This document shows, one piece after another, positions 29,739 through 39,156 of a stretch of 64,000 nucleotides of DNA. The notes below the pieces were generated by a model that was given only the letters and a program-made list of their open reading frames with translations, had not been told where the DNA came from and made no database searches. This stretch comes from an uncultured delta proteobacterium (GTDB lineage: Bacteria; Desulfobacterota; Binatia; Binatales; Binataceae), in NCBI GenBank assembly GCA_963794325.1, contig CAWCDG010000004.1:1472001-1536000 (forward strand), read 5' to 3'. Within the stretch, counting starts at the first letter, position 1, and every line of letters starts with the position of its first letter. The position numbers and the translations under genes are program-made.

Positions 29739-29920
29739 TGACCGAATGCTTTGTTTTGTTCAACTATTTTCGATAGGCGCAGTCTGCTCGTTTGCGTTTC
29801 GCAAAAGATCGGCCTTTTGTCGCGAAAACTCCGCGATTTGCGCAGAGTCACTCGAAGCAGCCGAGCGACTGCATGCAGCAGATTCATGCCGTCGCGCTCG
29901 AGCGGATTGTTGCGCGTGCG

Positions 29921-31411
29921 TTACGGACGTCGCGGCATCTCGATGGCTCCCACGGCATACGCGACGGCCGCCGACGAGGTCAGCAAGTCGGCGCGGCTCT
30001 GGACGATCGTGTAGCGCGCGTTGGCGAGATCGCGATCGGCGGTCAGCAACTCGACGATGGTGCTGAGGCCCTGGCGGTAGGTGTCGAGGTTGGCGTCGTA
30101 GCTCTCCTGTGATGCGGCCAGCAGAGCCTTGGCATAGGTGTAGCGGCTGAGCGCGGTCTGGAACTCATAGTATGCGCGCCACACCGAGCTGATCGCGTCG
30201 ACCTCGAGCGAACGGAGCTGCGCGCTGGCAGCGTCGCGATCGGCCTCGGCCTGGCGGACGTCGTTGAGGCGTTTGAAACCGGTGAAGATGTCCCAGTTTA
30301 TCGACAGCAACGCGGCGTATTGCGGCTGGTTGTCGGTGACGGTGTGCGTGCCGTCAATCCGGTAGTTCCAGGACTGCTCGCCGTAGCTGCCCATCACGCC
30401 GATGATGGGATAGAAAGCGTCCTTCCTTTGTTCGACTAAGGCGCGGCGCGCATCGAGAGTCGCGACCTGCGCTGCGAGATCGGGACGGCTGCGCACCGCG
30501 GTTTCGATCAATTGATCAACCTCGCTGCCCAAGCCGGCGGGAATCGGGATGCTGTCGAGGGTCGGCACGTCGAGCGCGGTGTTGGCGGCGACGCCCAACG
30601 CGACGGCCATGCTCGCCTGCGCTTCGCGCACCAGCAGGCGCGCGCTCGCGAGATCGTACTGCGACTGCGCGACGCGCTGGCGCGAGAGCAGCAACTCGGG
30701 CTGAGTTGCTAATCCGAGATCGACACGCCGGCTGACCGCCTCGTCATCGGTCTTCGCGAGTTCGACGTTCTGTTCCGCGGCCTGCACGGCGGCCTTCGCG
30801 GCGCCGATCGAATAGAACGAGCGCTGCGTCGCGAAGACGACGTCCTGCAACTTGCGATTGAACGAGAAGTTCGCGGCAGCCAACTGGTCGCGCGCGGCGG
30901 CGGCTCCGGCGCTGCGGCGGCCGAAGTCGATCAGCGTGTAAGTGAACTCTAGCGTCGGGGTTATCTGCCATTGCTTGAGCACCGCATTCTGGCCGGGCAA
31001 CTCGTACAGTTCGCGCTCGTAGCCACCTGGAACTTTCGCGTCCACGACCGGATAGAACGGCGCGCGCGAGGCTCCGTACGACGCAGCCGCGGCGCGAGCT
31101 TGCTCCCACGTCTGGCGGGTGTCGGGATTGTTGCTCAGCGCGATGTCGATCAGCGCGGACAGGTCGTACTGATTCCCGGCCGCGGTGGCGTGCGGCTCAG
31201 GCAGCGTGCTCGCCGGCCGCGCCTGCATCGGTATCGCATATTCGCTCGACTTGGGAATCCACGCGCGATCGGATTCCGCCGGCGCGAATTTGTCGGGATA
31301 CACTTCGGGCTGCTCGGCAAAGTAGGAGCAACCGCCCGCGCACACCGCGAGGCCGAGTGTCGCTACGATAACCTGCCGTCGCGCGCGACTTATTTCGAAA
31401 TTCTTCTTCAT
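29921..31411 (-). CDS. TolC-family outer membrane efflux protein
   Basis: Lipobox-like AGGC, LIDIALSNNP, DFGRR, RPDL, Y..GL.TIVELL.A; start set at MKKNF. Confidence 0.9.
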   Translation of the reverse strand: MKKNFEISRARRQVIVATLGLAVCAGGCSYFAEQPEVYPDKFAPAESDRAWIPKSSEYAIPMQARPASTLPEPHATAAGNQYDLSALIDIALSNNPDTRQTWEQARAAAASYGASRAPFYPVVDAKVPGGYERELYELPGQNAVLKQWQITPTLEFTYTLIDFGRRSAGAAAARDQLAAANFSFNRKLQDVVFATQRSFYSIGAAKAAVQAAEQNVELAKTDDEAVSRRVDLGLATQPELLLSRQRVAQSQYDLASARLLVREAQASMAVALGVAANTALDVPTLDSIPIPAGLGSEVDQLIETAVRSRPDLAAQVATLDARRALVEQRKDAFYPIIGVMGSYGEQSWNYRIDGTHTVTDNQPQYAALLSINWDIFTGFKRLNDVRQAEADRDAASAQLRSLEVDAISSVWRAYYEFQTALSRYTYAKALLAASQESYDANLDTYRQGLSTIVELLTADRDLANARYTIVQSRADLLTSSAAVAYAVGAIEMPRRP

Positions 31412-31504
31412 ATAGAATTCCCCACTGCTGCCGTTGAATCCGCTCCGCGCCATTGAATCCTGCAACGTGCTTTTGCACAATCCGGCGCGTACAATCTTCG
31501 ACGC

Positions 31505-31780
31505 ATGCAATCCAGCTCAACGCCCGGAATCAGACTCTCGCTACCACTAGCCGCCGCAGTCTCGATCGCCGGATGCGATCCCGTCGTCAATATCGCGGGC
31601 GCCAATTTCCCGAGTTGGCTGTTCTGCGCAATCTGCGGCGCGATCCTGATGATCGCGATTCGCCCGATCTTTGTGGTCACTCGCGTCGAGGCCTACCTGT
31701 GGCCGCTGCCGGTCGTGTATCTCAGCCTCGCGATCCTCATGGGATGCATCGTGTGGCTTGTCTTCTTCAATAGAATCTGA
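31505..31780 (+). CDS. YtcA-family lipoprotein
   Basis: AGC.P..NIAGANFPSWLFC...L.Y.SL motif, directly upstream of an MdtN-like gene. Confidence 0.85.
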   Translation: MQSSSTPGIRLSLPLAAAVSIAGCDPVVNIAGANFPSWLFCAICGAILMIAIRPIFVVTRVEAYLWPLPVVYLSLAILMGCIVWLVFFNRI

Positions 31781-32847
31781 TGAACACCGCGACCAGGATC
31801 GAGACCGAATCATCGATGCCACTGCGCTTCGCCGGCCGCGTGCTGAGCGCCGCGATCATAATCGCCACCATCGTCGTCGGGCTCTACGTCGCACGCCTCT
31901 ACTACCTGTATCCGCGCACCGACGACGCTTACGTTCGCGCCAACTCGGTCGGAATCGCGCCTCACGTGAGCGGGCCGATTACCGAACTGCCGATCGTCGA
32001 TAATCAGTACGTCAAGCAGGGCGAGTTGCTCTTCATCGTCGATCCGCGCCCCTATCAATCGGTGCTGGACGCTGCGGTCGCCAAGCTGCAATTGACCGAG
32101 CTCAATATCAAGGCGCTCGACGATGCGATCCGGACCGCGAAGGCGGATCAAGTACGGCTCGAAGCTGATGCGGCTTATGCCAAGCAGTACCTCGATCGAA
32201 TCCAGCCGCTGCTCGCCAAACATTTCGTCACTGCCAACGACGTCTTCAACGCGCGCTCACGGGTTAGCGCTGCCGAGGCCGCGGTGCAGGCGGCGCGCTC
32301 CAGCGTCGGTAAGGCGCAGAACGAACTGGGCCAGTACAAAGATATCAACGCGCTGCGCAAAGCCGCGGAGGCCGCCGTTTATGACGCGAAACTCAACGTC
32401 GGTTATTGCTACGTGCGCGCGCCGTACAACGGATGGGTCACGAATCTGAACATCGCAGAGGGCCAATACGCCAACGAAGGCCGCGAAGTCGTCAGCCTGA
32501 TCGACGATCGCAAGTGGTACGTCATCGCGAATTTCCGCGAGACGTTTCTCTCCCACATCCAGCCCGGGATGACTGCCGAGGTCTTCATCCTCGCCTATCC
32601 CAACAAGCGCTTTCGCGGACGCGTGCAAGGCGTCGGATGGGCGCTCTATCAGGAAAACGGCGCGACCGTCCAAGGCCTGCCGCAAGTCGAGACGACGCTC
32701 AATTGGGTGCGCCTCTCGCAGCGCTTCCCCGTACGCATTGTACTCGAGGATCGCGACCCGAAGTTCCCGTTCAGGATGGGCAACACCGCCGTCGTAACAA
32801 TCCAGGGCTATCGCGATCAGGATGATCGCCAGCAACCTAACCCCTAA
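31780..32847 (+). CDS. MdtN/AaeA-like membrane fusion protein (HlyD family)
   Basis: PRTDDAYV.A..V.IAP.VSG, VRAP..GWVTNL, ANFRET, WVRLSQRFPVRI. Confidence 0.9.
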   Translation: MNTATRIETESSMPLRFAGRVLSAAIIIATIVVGLYVARLYYLYPRTDDAYVRANSVGIAPHVSGPITELPIVDNQYVKQGELLFIVDPRPYQSVLDAAVAKLQLTELNIKALDDAIRTAKADQVRLEADAAYAKQYLDRIQPLLAKHFVTANDVFNARSRVSAAEAAVQAARSSVGKAQNELGQYKDINALRKAAEAAVYDAKLNVGYCYVRAPYNGWVTNLNIAEGQYANEGREVVSLIDDRKWYVIANFRETFLSHIQPGMTAEVFILAYPNKRFRGRVQGVGWALYQENGATVQGLPQVETTLNWVRLSQRFPVRIVLEDRDPKFPFRMGNTAVVTIQGYRDQDDRQQPNP

Positions 32848-32938
32848 CCGCTTCCCTCGAGGGAAGGGGAACCGGATTTGAGGCAACATTGCGCCCCGTC
32901 CTATCCCCCTCACCCCCTTTCCCGCGGGAAAGGGTGAA
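32832..32938 (+). repeat. Two CCTAACCCC/CCTCACCCC plus purine-pyrimidine hairpin repeats
   Basis: gcaacctaacccctaaccgcttccctcgagggaaggggaac matches 37617-37657 and, inverted, 53458-53500. Confidence 0.85.
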
Positions 32939-32950
32939 CAGAAAGAACTT

Positions 32951-33060
32951 GAGAGCGAAATGTCGTCTTCGCCGTTTCGCGATTTCTTTCACTGGGTGCA
33001 GGGGTCACCCCTGCCGAAGGAAGCGTGAAACCCGCGGAGGGTTTCACATTCAATAAAGTG
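32951..33060 (-). repeat. Modular element copy 7 (arm A, core, arm D)
   Basis: Reverse complement aligns along the whole length of 16770-16882. Confidence 0.9.
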
Positions 33061-33109
33061 GATTGAATTCCATTTGACCGCGCCGCACTACTCGGCCTTT
33101 AATGCCCTC

Positions 33110-34520
33110 ATGGCTGGAATTGTTTCTTACGGTTCATACGTTCCTTATCGACGACTCAAGCGCTCGGCGATCGCAGCCGTTCTCGGCACTCCTGCCGGCA
33201 AGGGCGAGCGCGCAATCGCCAGCTTCGACGAAGACAGCGTCTCGATGGCGGTCGAGGCGGTGCGCGATGCGCTGAAATCCGCGCCGCCCGGTGAGATACA
33301 GACGCTCATCTTCGCGACCACAACGCCGCCGTATGCAGAGAAGCTCAGCGCCGCGGTGATCGGCGCGGCCGCCCAGCTTCCGGCGGAGATTCGCGCGTCG
33401 GATATGACAGGGCTCGGTGCGCGCCGGCATGTCGGCGATTCTGCAAGGCGCCGACGCGGTCAGCGGCGGGGCGAAGCGCGCGCTCGTCGCGATTGGCGAT
33501 TGCCGCCTCGCGGCGCCAGAGGGCAAGGCCGAGCAGACCACCGGCGACGGCGCGGTCGCGTTTGTGCTCGGTGCGGACAATGTGATCGCCGAAATCGTGG
33601 CAAGCGCGTCGCTCACGCGCGAGTTCCTTGATACGTGGCGCGCGAATGGCGAGCGCTTTGCGCATTCGTGGGAAGAGCGCTTCACCCTGACGCAGGCGCA
33701 TTCTCCGCTGCTCGGCACCGTAATCAAGAACGTGCTCGAGAAGGCGAAAGTCGCGCCGGGCGATCTGTCGAAGGTGATCCTCGACGCGCCCAACGCCCGC
33801 GCCGCCGACGAGATCGCGCGCGCACTCAAGATCGATCCCGCTAAATTCTCCGATTCGTTTGCGTTGACCGTCGGGCAGACCGGCGCCGCGCATGCGGGCC
33901 TGATGCTGGCGGCCGCGCTGCCGTCCGCCAAGCCCGGTGATCTAATCCTGGTCGCGACGGTCGCCGATGGCGCCGACGCCATTTTAGTGAAAGTGACTCC
34001 AGCGAACGCCGCCTTCAAGCCGGTGCATTCCGTCGGCCGCATGATCGAATCCAAGGGCGACGTGTCCTACGCCAACTATCTCAAGTGGCGCGAGATTCTG
34101 CCGACCGAGCCGCCGCGCCGCCCCGACCCCGACCGGCCAGCGGGACCGCCGATGATGCGCTCGGAGAAGTGGAAGTTCGGATTCATCGGATCGCGATGCA
34201 CCAACTGCGGGACGCCGCAACTTCCGCCGCAGCTGGTATGCGTGAAATGCCACAAGCGCGGTTTCATGGAGCCGTATCAGTTCGCCGATCGCACCGCGAA
34301 AATCGCGACCTACGCCATCGATCGCCTCGCCTATTCTCTTAACCCGCCGACTGTTAACGTCGTGGCAGACTTCGAGGGCGGCGGCCGTTTCCTGTGCGAG
34401 ATGACCGATTGCGAGCCCGACAAGGTCGCGATTGGCGACGAAGTCGAAATGACGTTTCGCCGGCTCTTTACCGCCGACGGCGTTAACAACTATTTCTGGA
34501 AAGCGCGCCCCAGGCGTTAG
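33110..34520 (+). pseudogene. HMG-CoA synthase-like / DUF35 (Zn-ribbon, OB-fold) fusion, frameshifted near 33411
   Basis: MAGIVSYGSYVPYRRL, DEDSVSMAVEA, GDGAVAF, C..CG..QLPP...C..C, GDEVEMTFRR, YFWKARP; removing one G gives DMTGSVRAG. Confidence 0.85.
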
Positions 34521-34537
34521 CAGCCGAGGAGAAAATC

Positions 34538-35722
34538 ATGGCCAGCAGAGGAATCAAGGACCGCGTCGCGATCATCGGGATGGGATGCACCAAGTTCGGC
34601 GAGCATTGGGACAAGGGGCCCGATGATCTGCTGGTCGATGCGGCCTACCAGGCCTACGAATCGGCCGGCGTCGAGCCCAACGACGTCGACGCGTACTGGC
34701 TCGGCACGATGGGCTCGGGAATCTCGGGGCTGACGCTCAGCGAGCCGCTCAAGATTCAGTACAAGCCCGTCACTCGCGTCGAGAACATGTGCGCGACAGG
34801 ATCCGAAGCACTGCGGCAGGCATGCTACGCGGTCGCGTCGGGCGCATTCGACATGGCGATGGCTATCGGCGTCGAGAAGCTCAAGGACTCGGGCTACTCG
34901 GGGCTCGTCATGAATGCGCCGCCGAACGACGGCACCGAGGGCAGCATGACGGCGCCCGCGTCGTTCTCGCTGCTGGCGCCCGCGTACTTCAAGAAGTACG
35001 GACTCGACCCGGACAAGGGCAAGGACGTCCTCACGCGAATCGCGTGGAAGAATCACAAGAACGGCGCCAAGAATCCCAAGGCGCAATTCCAGAAGGAAGT
35101 GTCGCTCGAGACGATCAAGAACTCGCCCAAGATTGCCGACCCGCTCGGAATCATGGATTGCTCGGGCGTCTCGGACGGATCGGCGGCGGCGATCGTCGTT
35201 CGCGCCGAGGACGCGCACAAGTACTGTAAGAATCCCATCTACATAAAGGCGCTGTCGTTCATCGCGGGACCGGCGGAAGGACCGCTGTCGCAGGACTACG
35301 ACTTCACGACGTTCCGCGAAGTCGTCGCGACTGCCAAAGACGCCTACGCGCAGGCGGGCATCACCGATCCTCGCAAGCAGATCAGCATGGCCGAGGTTCA
35401 CGATTGCTTCACGCCGACCGAGCTCGTGCTCTACGAGGACCTCGGCTTCAGCCCGCGCGGCACCGCATGGCAGGACGTGATGGACGGGTTTTTCGACCTC
35501 GAAGGCACGCTGCCGGTAAATCCCGACGGCGGCCTCAAGTCGTTCGGTCATCCGATTGGCGCGTCAGGCCTGCGCATGATGTACGAGATGTGGCTGCAGA
35601 TGCGCGGTGAAGCGGGTCCGCGCCAAATCAAGAATCCGAAAGTAGGCCTCACGCACAACCTGGGCGGCGCCCCCGGCCGATGCGTCAGCTTCGTATCGGT
35701 AGTAGGCAGCCAGGTAGGCTAG
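34538..35722 (+). CDS. Thiolase, SCP2/archaeal type
   Basis: VENMCATG, EVHDCF, NPDGGLK.FGHPIGASG, HNLGG. Confidence 0.93.
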   Translation: MASRGIKDRVAIIGMGCTKFGEHWDKGPDDLLVDAAYQAYESAGVEPNDVDAYWLGTMGSGISGLTLSEPLKIQYKPVTRVENMCATGSEALRQACYAVASGAFDMAMAIGVEKLKDSGYSGLVMNAPPNDGTEGSMTAPASFSLLAPAYFKKYGLDPDKGKDVLTRIAWKNHKNGAKNPKAQFQKEVSLETIKNSPKIADPLGIMDCSGVSDGSAAAIVVRAEDAHKYCKNPIYIKALSFIAGPAEGPLSQDYDFTTFREVVATAKDAYAQAGITDPRKQISMAEVHDCFTPTELVLYEDLGFSPRGTAWQDVMDGFFDLEGTLPVNPDGGLKSFGHPIGASGLRMMYEMWLQMRGEAGPRQIKNPKVGLTHNLGGAPGRCVSFVSVVGSQVG

Positions 35723-35733
35723 CTCTTCTCTTG

Positions 35734-35761
35734 TGTCATTCTAGAGCGAAGCGAAGAATCC
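35734..35761 (+). repeat. TGTCATTCT..GAGCGAAGCGAAGAATC REP
   Basis: tgtcattctagagcgaagcgaagaatcc; related to 19877-19921. Confidence 0.6.
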
Positions 35762-35784
35762 CGGTTCTTCGCTAGACTGATCAC

Positions 35785-35817
35785 AACGGCCGGCATCATA
35801 AGAATGCCGGCCGTTTT
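35785..35817 (+). terminator. Rho-independent terminator
   Basis: aacggccggcat/atgccggccgtt stem plus T-run. Confidence 0.75.
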
Positions 35818-35835
35818 CCATTTGCGTGACTGACA

Positions 35836-36117
35836 ATGCAGACCCTATCTCCATTACTCAGCCGATTAGCCACTCTGCTAGTCGCCGTAGCTATCGTCCT
35901 ATACATCGGCGACTACCTCGTCATGAGACTAAGAAGCAATCCAACGGGAACCTGTCAAATCACCAAGCTCTACTCGGTGCCTCAAAAGGACGGTAAGACT
36001 GAATACGAAGCAGGCGAGCCAGAAACCCAAACTTGCGCAAATTCAATCTTCCCGCATATGGGTTACAGCTCCTGCTGGTATGTAGAGCGTCACAAAACCC
36101 AGCAGGTAAATCTGTGA
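35836..36117 (+). CDS. Small membrane-anchored hypothetical protein
   Basis: N-terminal TM; C.NSIFPH.GY..CWY..RH motif. Confidence 0.7.
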   Translation: MQTLSPLLSRLATLLVAVAIVLYIGDYLVMRLRSNPTGTCQITKLYSVPQKDGKTEYEAGEPETQTCANSIFPHMGYSSCWYVERHKTQQVNL

Positions 36118-36202
36118 CCCCCCGCGGCACTAACCACTCTGCAGAGTGTTGTGATAGAATCGTTCACTGAGAGTTAGCGGCCCTCGGGCCGTTTAGGCTC
36201 AG

Positions 36203-36985
36203 ATGACTTATAAATTCTGCGCAGCCTTCCTTTCTTCCGTTCTACTGATCGCAACCACGCTTCTCGGTGCAGCTTACTCCCGGAGCGCGTCCGCTTCAGA
36301 CTCGAACGATACTGATAACGCCGTCGCTGAATATCTGGATGGCGCGACAGAAAATACGCGTGGACAAGATCATCGCCAGGTACTGAAGCAAGCCTTGAAC
36401 GACATGCTCAATTTGCCAGTCAAGAAACTCTGCGACAAGTACTACCCGGACTACGAGATGCATCCGGACGCTTGGTCGATAACCGTGATCCTCGATCGTT
36501 ACATTGTCCCCAAGCGTCAGGATTTGACGATCGGCGACGACGAGTTTTTCGACGATATGAGGAAACCGGAGGCGCGACGAGCGATCCGTGCGTGGTTAGT
36601 GAAACTGAACGCCGAAGACGTAAATGGCCCCGGGTCAACGCGCCCTCGCAACACCGTGGAAGACTACCTCAATGGCGCGGAAGAACAGTCCGAAACCGAT
36701 GATCAGAAGGCCGTAATCAAGCAGGCCTTCGTTGATATGCTGAATGAACCGATCGAGAGTCTTCGCAAGAAACGTTATCCCGACTACCAGTTGCACCCTC
36801 ACCAGTGGCCGGCCACTGAAGTCTTATACCGTTATATCGTACCAGATCCACTAATCTCGTTCGACGACGACGAGCTATTTCGCGACGTGAAGAAGCCCCA
36901 AGCTCGAGAAATGATTCAAGAGTGGCTCAACTACCTGGATAATCCTGACGGCAAGCTCGGTCCGGCACGAAGACAATGGCCGTAA
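36203..36985 (+). CDS. Secreted protein with a tandemly duplicated domain of about 105 aa
   Basis: Signal peptide; N.V..YL.GA..KQA..DMLN.P...L..K.YPDY..HP..W....L.RYIVP..DDE.F.D..KP.AR..I..WL occurs twice. Confidence 0.8.
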   Translation: MTYKFCAAFLSSVLLIATTLLGAAYSRSASASDSNDTDNAVAEYLDGATENTRGQDHRQVLKQALNDMLNLPVKKLCDKYYPDYEMHPDAWSITVILDRYIVPKRQDLTIGDDEFFDDMRKPEARRAIRAWLVKLNAEDVNGPGSTRPRNTVEDYLNGAEEQSETDDQKAVIKQAFVDMLNEPIESLRKKRYPDYQLHPHQWPATEVLYRYIVPDPLISFDDDELFRDVKKPQAREMIQEWLNYLDNPDGKLGPARRQWP

Positions 36986-37010
36986 CCAAACCGCCCGCCG
37001 TGAGGTTCCT

Positions 37011-37510
37011 ATGCCACGATGCCATCTTCATCAGGCCGAGAAGCGGTCTTCGAATACAATCGAGTTCAATACTGCGCTAAGTGTAAGTCGGGAATACTCT
37101 CTGCCGTAGGGAATGTGCGCCGCGACGTCGAGCCTAAAGTTTGTTTCATCTGGTACCAGGGCAATGACGATTGGGAGCCGATCCCGGGAACCGGGTGCGC
37201 CCACTGGGTGGCGCATGAGAAAGACATTCAATCGGGTCGAGCCCTCGATAGATGTCTGTTCGGATTCACCTATTGAGTCCCCGTGCTCATTGAGAGATGC
37301 GGAGAGGTGGAGTTGGAAAATGTTCGAAGCGGTGACATTTGGGTCAATGACGCCGAGAATCACGCAGGTCTGGTCATTCGAGTCATGCCAAACCTTTACC
37401 CTGATGAAATGCCTGAAATTACCATCTGCCACGATTCAAGCGGACAGCATGGCCTCGCCATCAACGACTTTGAGCGCTACTTTCACGGACGGGGTTCGTT
37501 CTGGCGCTGA
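37011..37510 (+). pseudogene. Zn-finger plus papain/NlpC-P60-like amidase, with frameshift (about 37032) and in-frame TGA (37274)
   Basis: GAGG RBS and ATG at 37011; adding one C gives MPRCHLHPGREAVF..YCAKC; GCAHWVAH, GDIW....HAGLV, ICHDSS; ORFs 37019 and 37283 share a frame. Confidence 0.65.
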
Positions 37511-37616
37511 AGAATTTATGGAGATTCTTTCCCAGCCTCTTGATCAGCTCACGGACGCCGGACGGCTCGGGTGGGGTCCGACTTGCCCGAATTCCTGGTC
37601 CGTTTCGCTCCGCCCG

Positions 37617-37657
37617 GCAACCTAACCCCTAACCCCTTCCCTCGAGGGAAGGGGAAC
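37617..37657 (+). repeat. CCTAACCCCTAACCCC hairpin repeat
   Basis: Near identical to 32832-32872. Confidence 0.85.
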
Positions 37658-37685
37658 AATCGCGTGGAGAGGAGTAGCGCGAGTT

Positions 37686-38846
37686 CTACTTCCTACTTTC
37701 CAATCCCATCCTACGCGCGATGATCACCTTCATGATTTCATTCGTGCCTGCGTAGATCGATTGCACCGCGGCGTCCGCGTAGTCCGTTGACACCGGGTAC
37801 TCCATCATGAAGCCGTAGCCGCCGTGTAGCTGAAGGCATTGGCTCGCGATCTTCTTCTGTAGGTCGGTGGTCCACCATTTTGCCATGCTTACTTCGGCTA
37901 CTATCTCGTCGCCGCGGACGTGGGCTTGCAGGAGCTTGTCAACGAAGGCTTGTCCTACTTCTACTTCCGTCATCATCTCGGCGAGCTTGAACTGGGTGTT
38001 TTGAAACTCCGCGATCGGCTGTCCGAATGCTTTGCGATTCTTGCAATAGGCGATGGTGTCCTCGAGCGTGCGCCAGCAACTAGCTATCGAGGCGACTCCT
38101 ATACATAGCCGCTCCTGCTGGAGTTTCTCCATCAGCATCTTGAAACCCGTGCCCTCCTTACCGAGCAGGTTGCCGGCCGGGACGCGGCAGTCTTCGAAGA
38201 ACAACTCGCTGGTATCCTGGCCGCGCAGCCCGAGCTTGTCGAGCTTGCGGCCGCGAACGAAGCCGGGTGCGCTCGCATCGACCAGCATCAGGCTGACGCC
38301 CTTATGCGGCGGGTTAGCCTTCGGATCGGTCTTGCACGCGACAATTACGAGGTCGGCAATCTGCCCATTGGAAATGAAAATCTTCGAGCCGTTGATCACG
38401 TAATGGTCGCCGTCGCGGCGCGCTGTCGTCTGCACGGCGGCAAGATCGGACCCGGTGCCCGGCTCGGTCATCGCGATCGCGAGGATTATCTCGCCGGCGA
38501 TCGCACCGGGCAGGTAGCGGCGCTTCTGCTCCTGGTTGCCGAAGCTCGCGATGTAAGGCATGCAGATGTCCGAATGCAGCGACATCATGAGGCCATGCGC
38601 GCGCACGCGCGACAGCTCTTCCATCACGATGGCGTCGTAGATGAAATCCACGCCGCCACCGCCGTATTCCGCGGGCGCGTTCGCGCCAAGGAATCCAGCC
38701 TCACCCATCTTGCGCCAGCTCGCGCGATCGCTCATCCCAACGCGATTCCATTCGGGCACCTTCGGCTCGATCTCGGAATCGACAAACCGCCGCACCTGCG
38801 AGCGAAACATCTCGTGCTCTTCAGTAAAAATATCTCGTCGCATCAT
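37686..38846 (-). CDS. Acyl-CoA dehydrogenase (long-chain type)
   Basis: AIAMTEPGTGSDL, NGSKIFISNG, R.AFGQPI..FQ, QLHGGYG.M.EY, IYAGTNEIMK. Confidence 0.95.
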   Translation of the reverse strand: MMRRDIFTEEHEMFRSQVRRFVDSEIEPKVPEWNRVGMSDRASWRKMGEAGFLGANAPAEYGGGGVDFIYDAIVMEELSRVRAHGLMMSLHSDICMPYIASFGNQEQKRRYLPGAIAGEIILAIAMTEPGTGSDLAAVQTTARRDGDHYVINGSKIFISNGQIADLVIVACKTDPKANPPHKGVSLMLVDASAPGFVRGRKLDKLGLRGQDTSELFFEDCRVPAGNLLGKEGTGFKMLMEKLQQERLCIGVASIASCWRTLEDTIAYCKNRKAFGQPIAEFQNTQFKLAEMMTEVEVGQAFVDKLLQAHVRGDEIVAEVSMAKWWTTDLQKKIASQCLQLHGGYGFMMEYPVSTDYADAAVQSIYAGTNEIMKVIIARRMGLESRK

Positions 38847-38857
38847 TGTGAGATCAC

Positions 38858-39145
38858 CTACGCAGCCTTGAACGACCGCACCCGGATTCGATTCGCGCGG
38901 CTGCGCGCCTGCCAAAGATCGTAGGCCATCTGCATCCCGAGCCACGTCTCCGGACTGGAGCCGAACGCCTTCGAGAGCCGAATCGCCATCTCGACCGACA
39001 CCGCCGCTCTTTGATTCACCACGTCCGAAAGCGCCTGCCGGGTGACGCCCAAAGCCTTAGCGGCTTCGGTTACCGAGAGGCCCAAAGGTTCGAGGCACTG
39101 GCGTCGTACGATGCCGCCCGGATGAGGAGGATTGTGCATAGCCAT
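38858..39145 (-). CDS. higA: HigA antitoxin (XRE HTH)
   Basis: MHNPPHPG, LSVTEAAKALGVTRQALS, MAIRLSKAFG..PE.WL.MQ..YDL. Confidence 0.92.
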   Translation of the reverse strand: MAMHNPPHPGGIVRRQCLEPLGLSVTEAAKALGVTRQALSDVVNQRAAVSVEMAIRLSKAFGSSPETWLGMQMAYDLWQARSRANRIRVRSFKAA

Positions 39146-39156
39146 AAGGTTCGCTC

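Noticed and set aside
33400-33425. Programmed ribosomal frameshifting in the split genes
   Set aside because: No slippery heptamer or shared shift motif at 297, 13044 or 33411, and these families are not known to me to be recoded.
37274-37276. Selenocysteine read-through of the in-frame TGA
   Set aside because: The putative catalytic Cys is elsewhere, the downstream hairpin is weak and not SECIS-like, the gene has a second lesion, and CGA to TGA is simpler.
37621-37636. Telomere-like TAACCCC repeats as eukaryotic contamination
   Set aside because: Only two units, embedded in a dispersed hairpin repeat between bacterial genes.
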